A stretch of 64,000 bases of DNA from Candidatus Kaiserbacteria bacterium (GTDB taxonomy: Bacteria; Patescibacteriota; Minisyncoccia; Phycocordibacterales; UBA918), in the NCBI GenBank assembly GCA_031430855.1, contig JANPCG010000006.1, positions 2,531 through 66,530 of the forward strand, given 5' to 3'. The translations under genes and the position numbers were made by a program. The notes beneath the pieces were generated by a model. It saw only the letters and a program-made list of their open reading frames with translations. It was not told where the DNA came from and made no database searches. Shown in pieces: positions 37,449-47,610 of this stretch (its first letter is position 1; every line of letters starts with the position of its first letter).

Positions 37449-37934
37449 ATGGACACAGACACTATTATCACTACTCTTAAAGAACTCATATACCTTTTTT
37501 CGGTATTCGGTTTTTTTCTTACCTTCGTTTTAGTTCGCGGCAGGCAAGCACTTATTAATCTCATCTTTGGGCTCTACTTCGCCCTCCTCATCTCAATTGA
37601 ATTTCCGTACTACGATGCAGTCCTAGCTTCAGCAGGAGGAGCGCATGGTACCGCCATCGCAAAGTTAATTATCTTCTTTATCTTTACGGTCCTCGCAACC
37701 ATTCTCGTAGCCCGGGTAATGCCTGACCCGTTCCGCGAAAAGAAATTTGAGAGTTTCTTTAAAAAAATTCTTCTGGCGCTTGCAGCGACCATCCTTATTA
37801 TGGTCTATAGCTTCCATGTATTACCCGTCACTGAATTCCTTACTCCTGGCACACCAATCCAATCTCTCTTTGCTCCCGCCCAAGTATTCTTCTGGTGGCT
37901 CCTCGCTCCGTTTGTTGTGTTGTGGCTTAATTAA
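37449..37934 (+). CDS. hypothetical membrane protein (4-5 TM)
   Basis: Hydrophobic helices; no motif. Confidence 0.55.
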   Translation: MDTDTIITTLKELIYLFSVFGFFLTFVLVRGRQALINLIFGLYFALLISIEFPYYDAVLASAGGAHGTAIAKLIIFFIFTVLATILVARVMPDPFREKKFESFFKKILLALAATILIMVYSFHVLPVTEFLTPGTPIQSLFAPAQVFFWWLLAPFVVLWLN

Positions 37935-37937
37935 AGA

Positions 37938-37972
37938 TTAAGACCCCGAACTGCACGCAGTTCGGGGTCTTG
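37938..37972. terminator. bidirectional terminator aagaccccgaactgc-acgc-agttcggggtctt
   Basis: Between convergent genes. Confidence 0.65.
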
Positions 37973-37978
37973 GTTTGC

Positions 37979-38620
37979 TTATGACTTGGGATGAGGTATC
38001 ATCGTACGCTCGAGCATCTCAGCAAACGTTTCGATCTGGTGTTCCTTACGAAATTTCTCCCAGACCGGTTCGAAGGTGGCGCGGGTAATCGACAAAGCAT
38101 GCCGACCGTACCGTTTCCCTTCAATCAGGTGACGACCGGGTAGAAATCCGTCGTACATATACCCGCACGCGAGACAGTAGCGCAGACTTCGTTCGTTGAA
38201 CTCAAGTACGAACGATTCAATCAGTTCAAGATTGAGCTGATTAAAGGCGTGATTCAAGAGAACAATCTTTGCCTTTCGTCCATACTGCTTACCCCAGTAG
38301 TTGGTATCAAACATCATCGACCCAGTAGTCGCAGTGCGGTTTTTATAGTCGATATTATGGATACCCATCGTACCGATGGTCGGACCCTCTGTCAGCACGA
38401 TCTTGAACACCTGGGCATCATCGCGCCGCTTGGCAAGCCCTTCAATCCATTCTACCTGCTGATGTAGTTGCTTCGGTTCAACCCGATCAAAGAGATGCCG
38501 CTGCGTAGGGTCATTCCAACCTGTATAGATCAGTGGGGCATCGCTCGGCTCAATCGGACAAAGATCACCACCAGGGAAGTGGAGGAAGGGTGCGAACGGG
38601 ACTTTAGTTTCGTCAGTCAT
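37979..38620 (-). CDS. GNAT family N-acetyltransferase (RimJ/RimL-like)
   Basis: GNAT motif A region (IGTMGIHNIDYKNRTATTGSMMFDTNYWGKQYGRKAKIVLLNHAF). Confidence 0.7.
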   Translation of the reverse strand: MTDETKVPFAPFLHFPGGDLCPIEPSDAPLIYTGWNDPTQRHLFDRVEPKQLHQQVEWIEGLAKRRDDAQVFKIVLTEGPTIGTMGIHNIDYKNRTATTGSMMFDTNYWGKQYGRKAKIVLLNHAFNQLNLELIESFVLEFNERSLRYCLACGYMYDGFLPGRHLIEGKRYGRHALSITRATFEPVWEKFRKEHQIETFAEMLERTMIPHPKS

Positions 38621-38672
38621 GGCTATATGCCTTTCATTTAAAGTACTTGCCGCGTCATCTAAAAACCCTATG

Positions 38673-38708
38673 GCTTCTAGGCAGCCATAGGGTTTTTATG
38701 AAGGGAGA
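38673..38708. terminator. orphan bidirectional hairpin (aaaaccctatggc...gccatagggttttt) inside a divergent intergenic region
   Basis: Seen directly; A/T runs on both sides. Confidence 0.4.
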
Positions 38709-38894
38709 TAACGAGATTACGTTGATTTCATACAAATGCTATAGCTGTCCATAAGCGTCCCCGGGAGGACGATAGACGCATCAAAACCGGCCTTAGACGC
38801 CCATGGCGCTCGGCAGACTTCGGTATTTCGCATTTGATATGTGTATAACATATGATTTATGTATACCACGGCATTATTTCGTGTCAAATATTGA

Positions 38895-40169
38895 TTGCCA
38901 ACCGAGCTATTGGTCGCTAGACTAGAGACCATGCGTGATCGACAAGTATTTGAAGAGACGGTACTCCAAAATGGAATGCGGGTTAATTACTATCAGACCG
39001 ACCAGGCGTTTGTGAACCTGACGGTATACATACCAATTGGAAGTACATACCACAAAGAAGGCCATCCCGCTGGCTTGCCACACTTCTACGAACACATGAC
39101 CTTTCACCGCTCTCTCTCGTTTCCAGAAAAAGACTCATTCTCGCAGTGGGTGAGTAGCAAAGGTGGGGAAGTGAACGCGATGACTCGTCCGTTTTGTACA
39201 ACGTATACGGTAGAGATACCTATATCGTTTGTTGCCGAAGCCTGGAATGGTCTTTACAATCTACTCTTTCACCCTCAGTTTTCAAGCGTGGACGTCACGA
39301 CCGAACGAACAATCGTCGCCAACGAACGCGACCAGCGGAAATGGTATCCGGGCGAAAGTGAAATCGGACACTACTTGAGTACCGAGTGGTTTGACGGCAG
39401 GATAACCGAGAAGGAGTATCTGTTTGGAAGTGACACTGATCTCTCTGCTATTACCCCAGAGATACTAGTCGAATTTACTAAAAATTACTCATCACACGAA
39501 CTACGGGTATTTGTAACCGGGCCAGATAACTATTCTTTTATAGCAACTTCGTTAGAAAATATCAGACCGAACGAACATCGTCACGACCAGCATCAGATCC
39601 GGCCAATTTGGAAACAGCCGATATTTCATTCGCGTGAATTTGTCGACATTGATAAACCAGTGTATTTCTTGGGTTCAATTTATCAACTACCAACCAATCA
39701 GGAACGAGCGGCGATACATTTTATATTAGAGTACCTGACTGATTTTTCGACCGGACCACTACACCTCTGGCTTCGGCACGACCTCGGATGGACCTACGGC
39801 ATCAGCTACGAGCGTGTGATTCAAAAATCACATGAAATAATTATTATGGAAATCCCACTACAATCTGTCGAGCAAGTCGCCACGGTGCGAAGTGAGATTT
39901 TTAATCGAATGGAATCAGCCCTCACCGACAGAGGAGTTCTCGAAAGGGAACTTGAACGACAACTTGGAAGGCGCGTCTTCTTCTACCAAAAAACGAGCTA
40001 CGTTGTAGATGATGCGATTAATGACCTCACAAATTACGACAGCGTCATAAGCGAAACCGAATACGTGTCCTTTCTTAAACTCTGTGCCGACCCCGCGTAC
40101 CTAACCGGAATCTATCACAAGTTTTTTAACCCAGAATTAAGAGGAGAGTTCTGCGCCCTCCCGAAGTAG
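38895..40169 (+). CDS. M16 (pitrilysin/insulinase) family peptidase-like protein
   Basis: Inverted zinc motif HxxEH (GLPHFYEHMTF). Start may instead be ATG 38931. Confidence 0.7.
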   Translation: MPTELLVARLETMRDRQVFEETVLQNGMRVNYYQTDQAFVNLTVYIPIGSTYHKEGHPAGLPHFYEHMTFHRSLSFPEKDSFSQWVSSKGGEVNAMTRPFCTTYTVEIPISFVAEAWNGLYNLLFHPQFSSVDVTTERTIVANERDQRKWYPGESEIGHYLSTEWFDGRITEKEYLFGSDTDLSAITPEILVEFTKNYSSHELRVFVTGPDNYSFIATSLENIRPNEHRHDQHQIRPIWKQPIFHSREFVDIDKPVYFLGSIYQLPTNQERAAIHFILEYLTDFSTGPLHLWLRHDLGWTYGISYERVIQKSHEIIIMEIPLQSVEQVATVRSEIFNRMESALTDRGVLERELERQLGRRVFFYQKTSYVVDDAINDLTNYDSVISETEYVSFLKLCADPAYLTGIYHKFFNPELRGEFCALPK

Positions 40170-40486
40170 TAAACCATATCATATCTGGATATATTATTTG
40201 CATGAAAGGTGATATATATGCTAATTGGAATGCGTCCAATAGAAATCTTTGAGTTTGGGTCAATTCTTCAAAATTTATTACTCCTCCTAAGTAGACACAT
40301 TGTTTTTCAAGAAATAAGTCACACATTATTCAACCTAGTTACTAATTTTTACACAAAATGAATCAGTGCTGGATATCCCCAGTTTAGCATAGTGACTTGA
40401 CAAAAACGTATAATATGCTAATATATTAAACAAGGGAATTACTTCCCAAACGATACACATGTACATATAGAGGAGGCGACGGACGG

Positions 40487-41143
40487 ATGAGAATTGTAGC
40501 TATTCAAAAAAACCAGAGTATTACCCGATCTGTTGGGGCAGTACTTGGGTACAGCGGCGCCGTAACAAGTGCTACCGCGTACACATGGTACGCTATCTAC
40601 CTGATGCAAGGTGAGGCTGATACCAACGTAATCACATGGACCCTTTGGGCACTCGAATCTGTCCTAAGCTTCTTCATTTACAGGAGGCAGACCGGAAACG
40701 ATTTTGCCAGCTATCTTGAAGAGGCAGTCGCATCGTTGGGATGTATTTCAATCACCCTACTGATGACTTTTCGAGCCATTTGGTTTGATGCGGACATATT
40801 TGGTCCGCTCGAGTGGATTGACGGAATTAGTGCCGTCCTGTTCTTGTGGGTGCTAAAGGTATATCGTCGCACAGAAAGAACTGGAGATGTTTGGCCTGCC
40901 ACCTTGTGGTTCCAAGTACTACTGGTTGTCAGTTCACTTCCACTGGTTCGGTCAACATGGGAAAACCCACACGGCGAACCGCTCTGGCCATGGGTGATAT
41001 GGTCAACGGGGTTTGCATTACAGCTTACCTGCGCATATCTCAGGAGAGAAGGGAAGAGTTTCCGCACTTTGCTTACACCTTTCAATTATTTCTTCTGGCA
41101 CGCAGCAGTTGGCGTGATAGTAATGACCTCGGGCGCCGCATAA
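40487..41143 (+). CDS. hypothetical polytopic membrane protein
   Basis: agaggagg SD; about 6 TM helices. Confidence 0.6.
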   Translation: MRIVAIQKNQSITRSVGAVLGYSGAVTSATAYTWYAIYLMQGEADTNVITWTLWALESVLSFFIYRRQTGNDFASYLEEAVASLGCISITLLMTFRAIWFDADIFGPLEWIDGISAVLFLWVLKVYRRTERTGDVWPATLWFQVLLVVSSLPLVRSTWENPHGEPLWPWVIWSTGFALQLTCAYLRREGKSFRTLLTPFNYFFWHAAVGVIVMTSGAA

Positions 41144-41168
41144 ATCATGCGGCGCCCACTTTTTTTAT
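41136..41168 (+). terminator. intrinsic terminator gggcgccgcat-aaatc-atgcggcgccc plus T7
   Basis: Seen directly. Confidence 0.65.
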
Positions 41169-41213
41169 TCTAAATTTTACTTCAAAAAGTTAAAATAATT
41201 TTGCTTTTAAAAA

Positions 41214-42050
41214 CTAGTTATTTTGACTTGAAATCAATCTACTGTCAAAGGCACAAACACCATACGAAATTGCAGACATTGCCGTGGTAAATAAAAGATC
41301 AGAAATACCTCCAGGTACAAAGGTTTCTAGGGTTGTTTGATACGAAAACGAGAAATCAGCAAAATAGTTAAAAATAAAACCAGCCAACAACACATATATA
41401 GCTAGTCTAAACTTACCGCCAAAATATTTAAATGATAAACCGTAAATGATAGTAGCGAGTGTCAGTATCACAACATCACCAATCGGATAGGCTAAATCAA
41501 AAAATATTTTTATAGAATCTTCTGAAGAGCTGATTACTCCGTCTCGAGCAACTACTACAAGTAAATAATACGAAAATGCGATTGCAATAATTGGTATAAC
41601 TAAAATCATTATTTTACTAGAAAAAGTATGGAGTGCAGTTTTAACACCAGTTGCACGTGATAAATACACCATACCAATTCCCCAAAGTGGCCAACTAACT
41701 ATAAAGGCAACATCAGCCAATGAAGGATAGGGCACTTCAACTCCCAACAATAAATTATAGTACCCAGCAAAAATTAGTTCACCAACTCCCCAACTAATAA
41801 GACCTGCTGATAAAAATAAAACCGATCGACCAATCACACTTCGTAACCCACCCCATCTCTTTGCTTGGAACAACCCATACAATCCTGCGGCAAGGGGTAT
41901 CAACCCTTCTAGTACTGTATATAAATAATTTGATAAAGTAACATTGTCGCCACTTTTATCTAACAAAAACCACCAAACTATTGAAAAAAAATATACAGCG
42001 ACTAATATTTTAGTTGCATTATTTGGTAAAAATGTGTGAGCGTAGTTCAT
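41214..42050 (-). CDS. hypothetical polytopic membrane protein (about 8 TM), AT-rich island
   Basis: Hydrophobicity pattern; low GC. Confidence 0.6.
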   Translation of the reverse strand: MNYAHTFLPNNATKILVAVYFFSIVWWFLLDKSGDNVTLSNYLYTVLEGLIPLAAGLYGLFQAKRWGGLRSVIGRSVLFLSAGLISWGVGELIFAGYYNLLLGVEVPYPSLADVAFIVSWPLWGIGMVYLSRATGVKTALHTFSSKIMILVIPIIAIAFSYYLLVVVARDGVISSSEDSIKIFFDLAYPIGDVVILTLATIIYGLSFKYFGGKFRLAIYVLLAGFIFNYFADFSFSYQTTLETFVPGGISDLLFTTAMSAISYGVCAFDSRLISSQNN

Positions 42051-42069
42051 AAAAACTTCATAAATTGTA

Positions 42070-42846
42070 CTACTTTAGCTTAACTCGCGCAAACATAATA
42101 CTGACAAAACCTTCATTTTCACAGTCAGGAACACTATGAGTTTCAATTAAAATATCTTCAATATTATTATTTCCAGCAATAATTGCTTCCCTCAAGTCAA
42201 CTTCATTTACGTTTGCACAAGGAAAATACTTATCCCCAACACGATACATTTTACAATTCCGTAGTGCACTAACAAGCACCAAACCTTTCGGGGAAGCTAG
42301 GGAGAGTAAATTTTTTATATAATTTTTCCACTCAGACTTTGAGCTAGTGATCGATTCAGCACAAAATAGAGATGTAACTAAATCATAATCAGTACAAATA
42401 GTAGAAAGCGGTGACTCTTTAGTTATGTCGCCGAAGAGTGTTTGCGTAAGTTTTAGTTTCAAATCGTTAGATCTATTTATTACATTTTGTGGGGAAGGGA
42501 CTACACCTTCTTTAGAAAGGATGTACTTAGTACATTCATCCCAATTAAACGCATCGTTTTTATTATCAACCCATTTTGATATTTCTAAAAGGTTTTTCTC
42601 TAAATAATCAGAAACATGCAGTTCATTCACATAAGGAGCAACCGCGAGCGCACCAAATAGAGTTGGACCTGAACCAAATTCTAATGCCTTTTTGAATGGA
42701 GTTCCTTTATATGAGTTTAATGTTTCTACAATAAAATCGAGAGTTTTATAAGTATCACTTGCAGGAGAAGCGTAGTATGTACTTAAGTACCTACTTGCAT
42801 TCCAATCACCCCAACCAGAAATTTCATTAACTATTGTTTGACTCAT
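42070..42846 (-). CDS. NNMT/PNMT/TEMT-family (PF01234-like) SAM-dependent small-molecule methyltransferase
   Basis: SRYLSTYY, LEFGSGPTLFGALAVAPYVNELHVSDYLEKNLLEISKWV...AFNWD and C-terminal NEGFVSIMFARV parallel human NNMT blocks (RDYLEKYY, IDIGSGPTIYQLLSACE...TDYSDQNLQELEKWL...AFDWS, NEGLFSLVARK). Confidence 0.75.
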   Translation of the reverse strand: MSQTIVNEISGWGDWNASRYLSTYYASPASDTYKTLDFIVETLNSYKGTPFKKALEFGSGPTLFGALAVAPYVNELHVSDYLEKNLLEISKWVDNKNDAFNWDECTKYILSKEGVVPSPQNVINRSNDLKLKLTQTLFGDITKESPLSTICTDYDLVTSLFCAESITSSKSEWKNYIKNLLSLASPKGLVLVSALRNCKMYRVGDKYFPCANVNEVDLREAIIAGNNNIEDILIETHSVPDCENEGFVSIMFARVKLK

Positions 42847-43125
42847 GTAGATTTTATTATATCTGCACTAGATTTGTTTTGTTATAACCTGCCTAACCAT
42901 TAAATTCTAGTGCTTTAAAACGAACAACTAATTTAACTAGTACGGAATTGTTTTTAACCCTAGACTAATTAAATTTTAATGTTGCTCAACAAATTAATAA
43001 ATATTACAATAATATACGCTGAATTTTAAAATTGTCAATAGCATACTCAAGATAGACAAAAAACGTACAACGTTATATTCTTTTCAAAATTATGATAGTA
43101 TTAAAACAACTATCCTATTTTAGTC

Positions 43126-43419
43126 ATGAACACAAATCTTTTACAAGAATTGACCGTACGGATTATCCGTGAACAGGAGCTTGTAATTGGACCCTTGGCC
43201 TGGATTGAGGCTGCCAAAGTACCTGGACTTTTAGTAATTGATCAACGGGTAGGAACTATAATGTTTACTGAACAGGACAATGCAATCGTTATTAATAAAC
43301 TTGTCGCACAATACGAAAAACTCTTTGGTAGGGCTTCACATGAGGTATCTAAAGATGCAGTTAAAAGTTTAATTGCGAATGTACCGCTCGAGGAAATTCC
43401 AAGCAGCTTGCGTCCATAA
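43126..43419 (+). CDS. hypothetical protein
   Basis: 97-aa ORF directly upstream of the GAF kinase. Confidence 0.4.
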   Translation: MNTNLLQELTVRIIREQELVIGPLAWIEAAKVPGLLVIDQRVGTIMFTEQDNAIVINKLVAQYEKLFGRASHEVSKDAVKSLIANVPLEEIPSSLRP

Positions 43420-43430
43420 CATTTGCCACC

Positions 43431-44744
43431 ATGACTCCAGAAGAACAACTCCGCCTCACAAATGAGACACTGTATAAACATAGTCATGAACTTGCAGTAA
43501 AGAACAAGGTATTGTCATTCCTCGGGAGACTTTACGAAATTAGTACATTAACACTCACTCAAAAACAACTTGCCGAACAAGTAGCTGTTGCACTACAGGC
43601 TGAGTTTGACTTTGAAATGGTAGGCATCTACCAATTTTTTAAGGAAACTGATGATTTAGTACCTTTATCAGTAGTTTTATCAGAACGAATTCGCGATATA
43701 TCACAAAATCAGTTCGACATCTTACATTTTTCAAATGTATCTCAATACAATTTTTTACATTCGGTGATTTCAAAAGAAATCATGCATTATTCTGAAAAGT
43801 TAAGTGACGTCTGGAATCATCCTGAATTGCAAGAAATCTGTTCTAAAATTGAAACTGAAAAGTATATTAGGTCTTCACTTGGATACCCACTTATTATTGG
43901 ACATGAAGTGATTGGGGTTGTACTTATTAGCTTAAATAGAACATATAAAGATCTCATTGATTATGAACGTGATTCAATGCTCAATTTTATGAACGTGATT
44001 TCAATCACGCTCAACCGTGTGACTCTTTATGAAGAACTTGAGCTTGCAAATAAACGACAAGAAAATCTTATTCACTTTATTACTCACGAAGTTAAGGGTT
44101 ATCTTACAAAAAGCCAAGCTGTTTTTGCTGCAATTTCTGAAGGTGATTTTAAGGGTGTTCCAGATAACCTGATGAACTTAGCTGTGAGAGCATTGGCTGA
44201 AACGCGAAATGGTGTAGAAACTGTTACCAACATCCTAGAAGCTTCTAACCTCAAGAAGGGGACAACTCAATACACACAAAATTCTTTTGATTTTAAAAAA
44301 CTTATTGATGAAGCAATAGAAAGTTTTCAACCAGCAGCCACAGAAAAAGGGCTGGTGATCACAGGAGATACTACTAATGAATCATATCCATTTTTAGGTG
44401 ACGAAAAGAAGATATCGCGTCATCTTATACGAAACTTAATTGATAACGCTATTCGTTATACACCAAATGGATCAATTTCTATATCCTTACGTAAAACAGA
44501 TTCAAGTTATCTTTTTACCGTACAAGATACAGGCGTGGGAATAGACGAAGAGGATATAGGGAGGCTTTTTGTTGAAGGAGGAAGAGCGAAGGATTCAATA
44601 AAAGTGAACGTTGATTCAACTGGCTATGGGCTTTTTATTGCAAAAATGATTGTTGAGGCACATCATGGAAATATCTGGGTAGAATCAGAAGGACGTGGAC
44701 ATGGATCCACATTCACTGTTACTTTTCCACAACCCAAAGGATAG
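43431..44744 (+). CDS. Cytoplasmic GAF-domain sensor histidine kinase
   Basis: H-box ITHEVKGYLT; HATPase_c N, G1 and G2 boxes (LIDNAIRYT, VQDTGVGI, GYGLFIAK); no TM. Confidence 0.85.
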   Translation: MTPEEQLRLTNETLYKHSHELAVKNKVLSFLGRLYEISTLTLTQKQLAEQVAVALQAEFDFEMVGIYQFFKETDDLVPLSVVLSERIRDISQNQFDILHFSNVSQYNFLHSVISKEIMHYSEKLSDVWNHPELQEICSKIETEKYIRSSLGYPLIIGHEVIGVVLISLNRTYKDLIDYERDSMLNFMNVISITLNRVTLYEELELANKRQENLIHFITHEVKGYLTKSQAVFAAISEGDFKGVPDNLMNLAVRALAETRNGVETVTNILEASNLKKGTTQYTQNSFDFKKLIDEAIESFQPAATEKGLVITGDTTNESYPFLGDEKKISRHLIRNLIDNAIRYTPNGSISISLRKTDSSYLFTVQDTGVGIDEEDIGRLFVEGGRAKDSIKVNVDSTGYGLFIAKMIVEAHHGNIWVESEGRGHGSTFTVTFPQPKG

Positions 44745-44930
44745 CTTTCCTTGCTACAATAGAGACATGAACAATAGTACTCAGGCGATGTTTGTAAGAA
44801 TCTTTTTAGCTATTAGTATTCTCTGGTCAGTATGGATGATGTACTACACTCATATCATCCAACAGGATTATGAAATTTTGCAAAATCCTGATGGCATCCC
44901 GACGTTCTCTGAAGAATAAACATCTCGTAT

Positions 44931-46607
44931 ATGCCAAACATTGTTGATCCTTTAATTTGTAACTGGAGTGCCGCTGAGTACTATATTATTTCTGAGAACT
45001 TGCTCGGTAATTTCCTCTACTATTCACACCTCTTTCCCTCAATTTCTGGACTGATTATTGCCATTTTTGTATTGAAATCTAATTACCGCAATAAGGCGGC
45101 ACAGGCGCTGTTGTTTACCACCACCATGTTCAGTATCTGGTGTTACATGGCCTTAATTACCTGGGCCTCGGAACGCTCGGACGTCATCATGTTCGTCTGG
45201 TCTGCCATGATGTACCCTGAACTCTTGATGTACGTGGGTGCCTTCTATTTCGTCTACGCTTATTTCAGAAATTCTTTCCCAGGAGCGAAAATTGAGATGA
45301 TGATTTTCTTGATGTTTTCTCCACTCATTATTTATGGACATACTAAACTCAACCTGATTAATTTTGATTTCACCAACTGTGAACGCAATGCGACGGAGGG
45401 TCCCTTGTGGCAATACTATGTGTACGGATTTGAATTCCTCTTTATCGCAATTATTTTATGGCTCACCATTACTGAAATTCACAAGAAAAACCACATTGCA
45501 CGCGAAGCTTCTATCGTAGCTACTGGTATCCTCTCGTTCTTATTGTTGTTCTCGTGGCAGAATATTGTAGGAAGTTTCTTTGATAATTGGAAGATTGGTC
45601 AAATTGGGCTCTTTGGTATGCCAATCTTTGTAGCTCTTTTGGGGTACATCCTCGTTCGCTACCAAACGTTCCGCGTAAAGCTTTTGGCGACAGAGGCCTT
45701 GATGGCAGGGCAGTTGATTCTCCTAATTTCGTTGCTGTTTGTTCGAACCATTGAAAATGCGCAGATCATTGCGATTATTACCATTCTCTTCTTCTCAGTC
45801 CTTGGAGTACTTTTGGTCATGAGTGTACGGAAAGAGGTCGAGCAACGTCAACAGATTCAAAAATTAGCGACTAATCTCAAGAACACAAATGAGCAGCTTA
45901 AAATTGTTGATCGGCAGAAGTCAGAATTTGTCTCGATTGCCTCACACCAATTACGTAGTCCTCTCACGGCTATTCGGGGATACACCTCAATGATGCTTGA
46001 TGGAAACTTTGGTACCACTCCCGAAGCAATGCGCGAACCAATTGGCCGCATTCACGAGTCAGCCAAGCTAATGGCGCTCTCGATTGAAGACTTCCTCAAC
46101 GTTTCTCGAATCGAATCAGGTAATATCAAATACGACAAAGTTGATTTTAATCTCAGAGATCAGGCGGAACATATCGTAGACGATTTGCGCCCTGAAGCGA
46201 TCCATAACGGCATCATGATGGTATTCAGGAGCAATCTCACGAGTAACGGTGTGGTAAACGCAGATGTCGGAAAGACTCAGCAAATTCTCCATAATCTGAT
46301 TAATAACGCTTTGAAGTACACCAAACAGGGGAGTATCACCATATTCGTACATGAGGACCTTAAGCTCAAGAAGTTATACGTTGAAATTATTGATACTGGT
46401 ATCGGTATGAGTGCCGAAACTATCAGCGGATTGTTCCAGAAATTTGCCCGCGCCAAGAACGCGAACAGTATCAACATAACCGGAACCGGACTCGGATTAT
46501 TTGTGGCCAAAGAAATGGCAGTAGCAATGGCTGGTGATATCAGTGCCTTCTCAGAAGGAGAAGGTCATGGTTCCCACTTTGTACTCACTCTTCCATTGGT
46601 GAACTAA
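44931..46607 (+). CDS. Membrane sensor histidine kinase with N-terminal multi-TM sensor domain
   Basis: About 7 TM helices, then H-box FVSIASHQLRSPLTAIRGY and HATPase_c (LINNALKYT, IIDTGIGM, GTGLGLFVAK). Confidence 0.85.
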   Translation: MPNIVDPLICNWSAAEYYIISENLLGNFLYYSHLFPSISGLIIAIFVLKSNYRNKAAQALLFTTTMFSIWCYMALITWASERSDVIMFVWSAMMYPELLMYVGAFYFVYAYFRNSFPGAKIEMMIFLMFSPLIIYGHTKLNLINFDFTNCERNATEGPLWQYYVYGFEFLFIAIILWLTITEIHKKNHIAREASIVATGILSFLLLFSWQNIVGSFFDNWKIGQIGLFGMPIFVALLGYILVRYQTFRVKLLATEALMAGQLILLISLLFVRTIENAQIIAIITILFFSVLGVLLVMSVRKEVEQRQQIQKLATNLKNTNEQLKIVDRQKSEFVSIASHQLRSPLTAIRGYTSMMLDGNFGTTPEAMREPIGRIHESAKLMALSIEDFLNVSRIESGNIKYDKVDFNLRDQAEHIVDDLRPEAIHNGIMMVFRSNLTSNGVVNADVGKTQQILHNLINNALKYTKQGSITIFVHEDLKLKKLYVEIIDTGIGMSAETISGLFQKFARAKNANSINITGTGLGLFVAKEMAVAMAGDISAFSEGEGHGSHFVLTLPLVN

Positions 46608-46613
46608 AATAGC

Positions 46614-47609
46614 ATGAAGAGGCATAATTTGGTAGTATATCAATCTATGAATACCTCTACCCGTCAGACCATTTTTACTGGACTTCAGTCATCAGGTGAT
46701 CTGCATATTGGCAATTATTTTGGTGCCATGAAGCCATTTCTTGACCTCTATTCGGAACGACACGCTTCGGCTGACTTCTTTCTTATGGTAGCTGACTACC
46801 ACGCCCTGACTTCAGTGCGTGATGGGGCAGTGCTTCGCACCAATATCTACAATACAGTGCGAGATTACCTCGCTATCGGCATTGACCCTGCGGCTGTCAC
46901 CATGTTCCGACAATCTGACAACCAAGACCATATGGAATTAGGATGGATCCTTAATTGTCTCGTGACCGTGCCGTTTTTGATGCAAGCACACGCATATAAG
47001 GACAAGGTAGCAAAAGGAGCCGAAGCGAACGCCGGACTCTTTACCTATCCAATGCTGATGGCAGCCGATATCCTTTTGTACAACACTGACATCGTGCCTG
47101 TCGGTGAAGACCAGCGACAACATCTCGAGTATGCGCGTGAAGCCGTAAGTAAATTCAACAATGCGTATGGTGAGCTGTTAAAAGAGCCCAAGGAACTCAT
47201 CTATGATGCAGTTGGGGTTATTCCTGGAACCGATGGGGCCAAAATGAGTAAAAGTTATAAAAATACCATTCCACTCTTTGGGAGCCGAGAAGAGATTCAA
47301 AAAGCCGTTATGAGTATTGTAACTGATAGTAGCAGTGAACGCCCACAGCACGTCTACGCGATTCATAAACTTTTCCGGACTGAAGCTGAATTAGAGACAC
47401 TGTATACCGAAAACCACGGTAAATATAAAAACCTTAAAGATGCGTTGATTGAGGACATCGAAGCCATGATCGCTCCAATGCGTGAGAAGCGAGCGAATAT
47501 TACTAATGAAGATATTCATGAAGTTCTTAGAAGTGGAGCAGAGCGAGCTCGAGCCGTATCAAGCGCCAAACTAGCCGAGGTGCGCTCACTCATCGGTATT
47601 TCGTTCTAA
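46614..47609 (+). CDS. trpS: Tryptophanyl-tRNA synthetase
   Basis: HIGH-like GDLHIGNY and KMSKS. Start may be ATG 46647 (MNTSTRQTIFTG). Confidence 0.93.
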   Translation: MKRHNLVVYQSMNTSTRQTIFTGLQSSGDLHIGNYFGAMKPFLDLYSERHASADFFLMVADYHALTSVRDGAVLRTNIYNTVRDYLAIGIDPAAVTMFRQSDNQDHMELGWILNCLVTVPFLMQAHAYKDKVAKGAEANAGLFTYPMLMAADILLYNTDIVPVGEDQRQHLEYAREAVSKFNNAYGELLKEPKELIYDAVGVIPGTDGAKMSKSYKNTIPLFGSREEIQKAVMSIVTDSSSERPQHVYAIHKLFRTEAELETLYTENHGKYKNLKDALIEDIEAMIAPMREKRANITNEDIHEVLRSGAERARAVSSAKLAEVRSLIGISF

Positions 47610-47610
47610 C

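Noticed and set aside
44695-44919. 74-aa ORF between the two histidine kinases
   Set aside because: Overlaps the end of the GAF kinase. It may be a small TM peptide (MNNSTQAMFVRIFLAISILWSVWMMYY) but has no SD or conservation evidence, so it was left out of the feature list.
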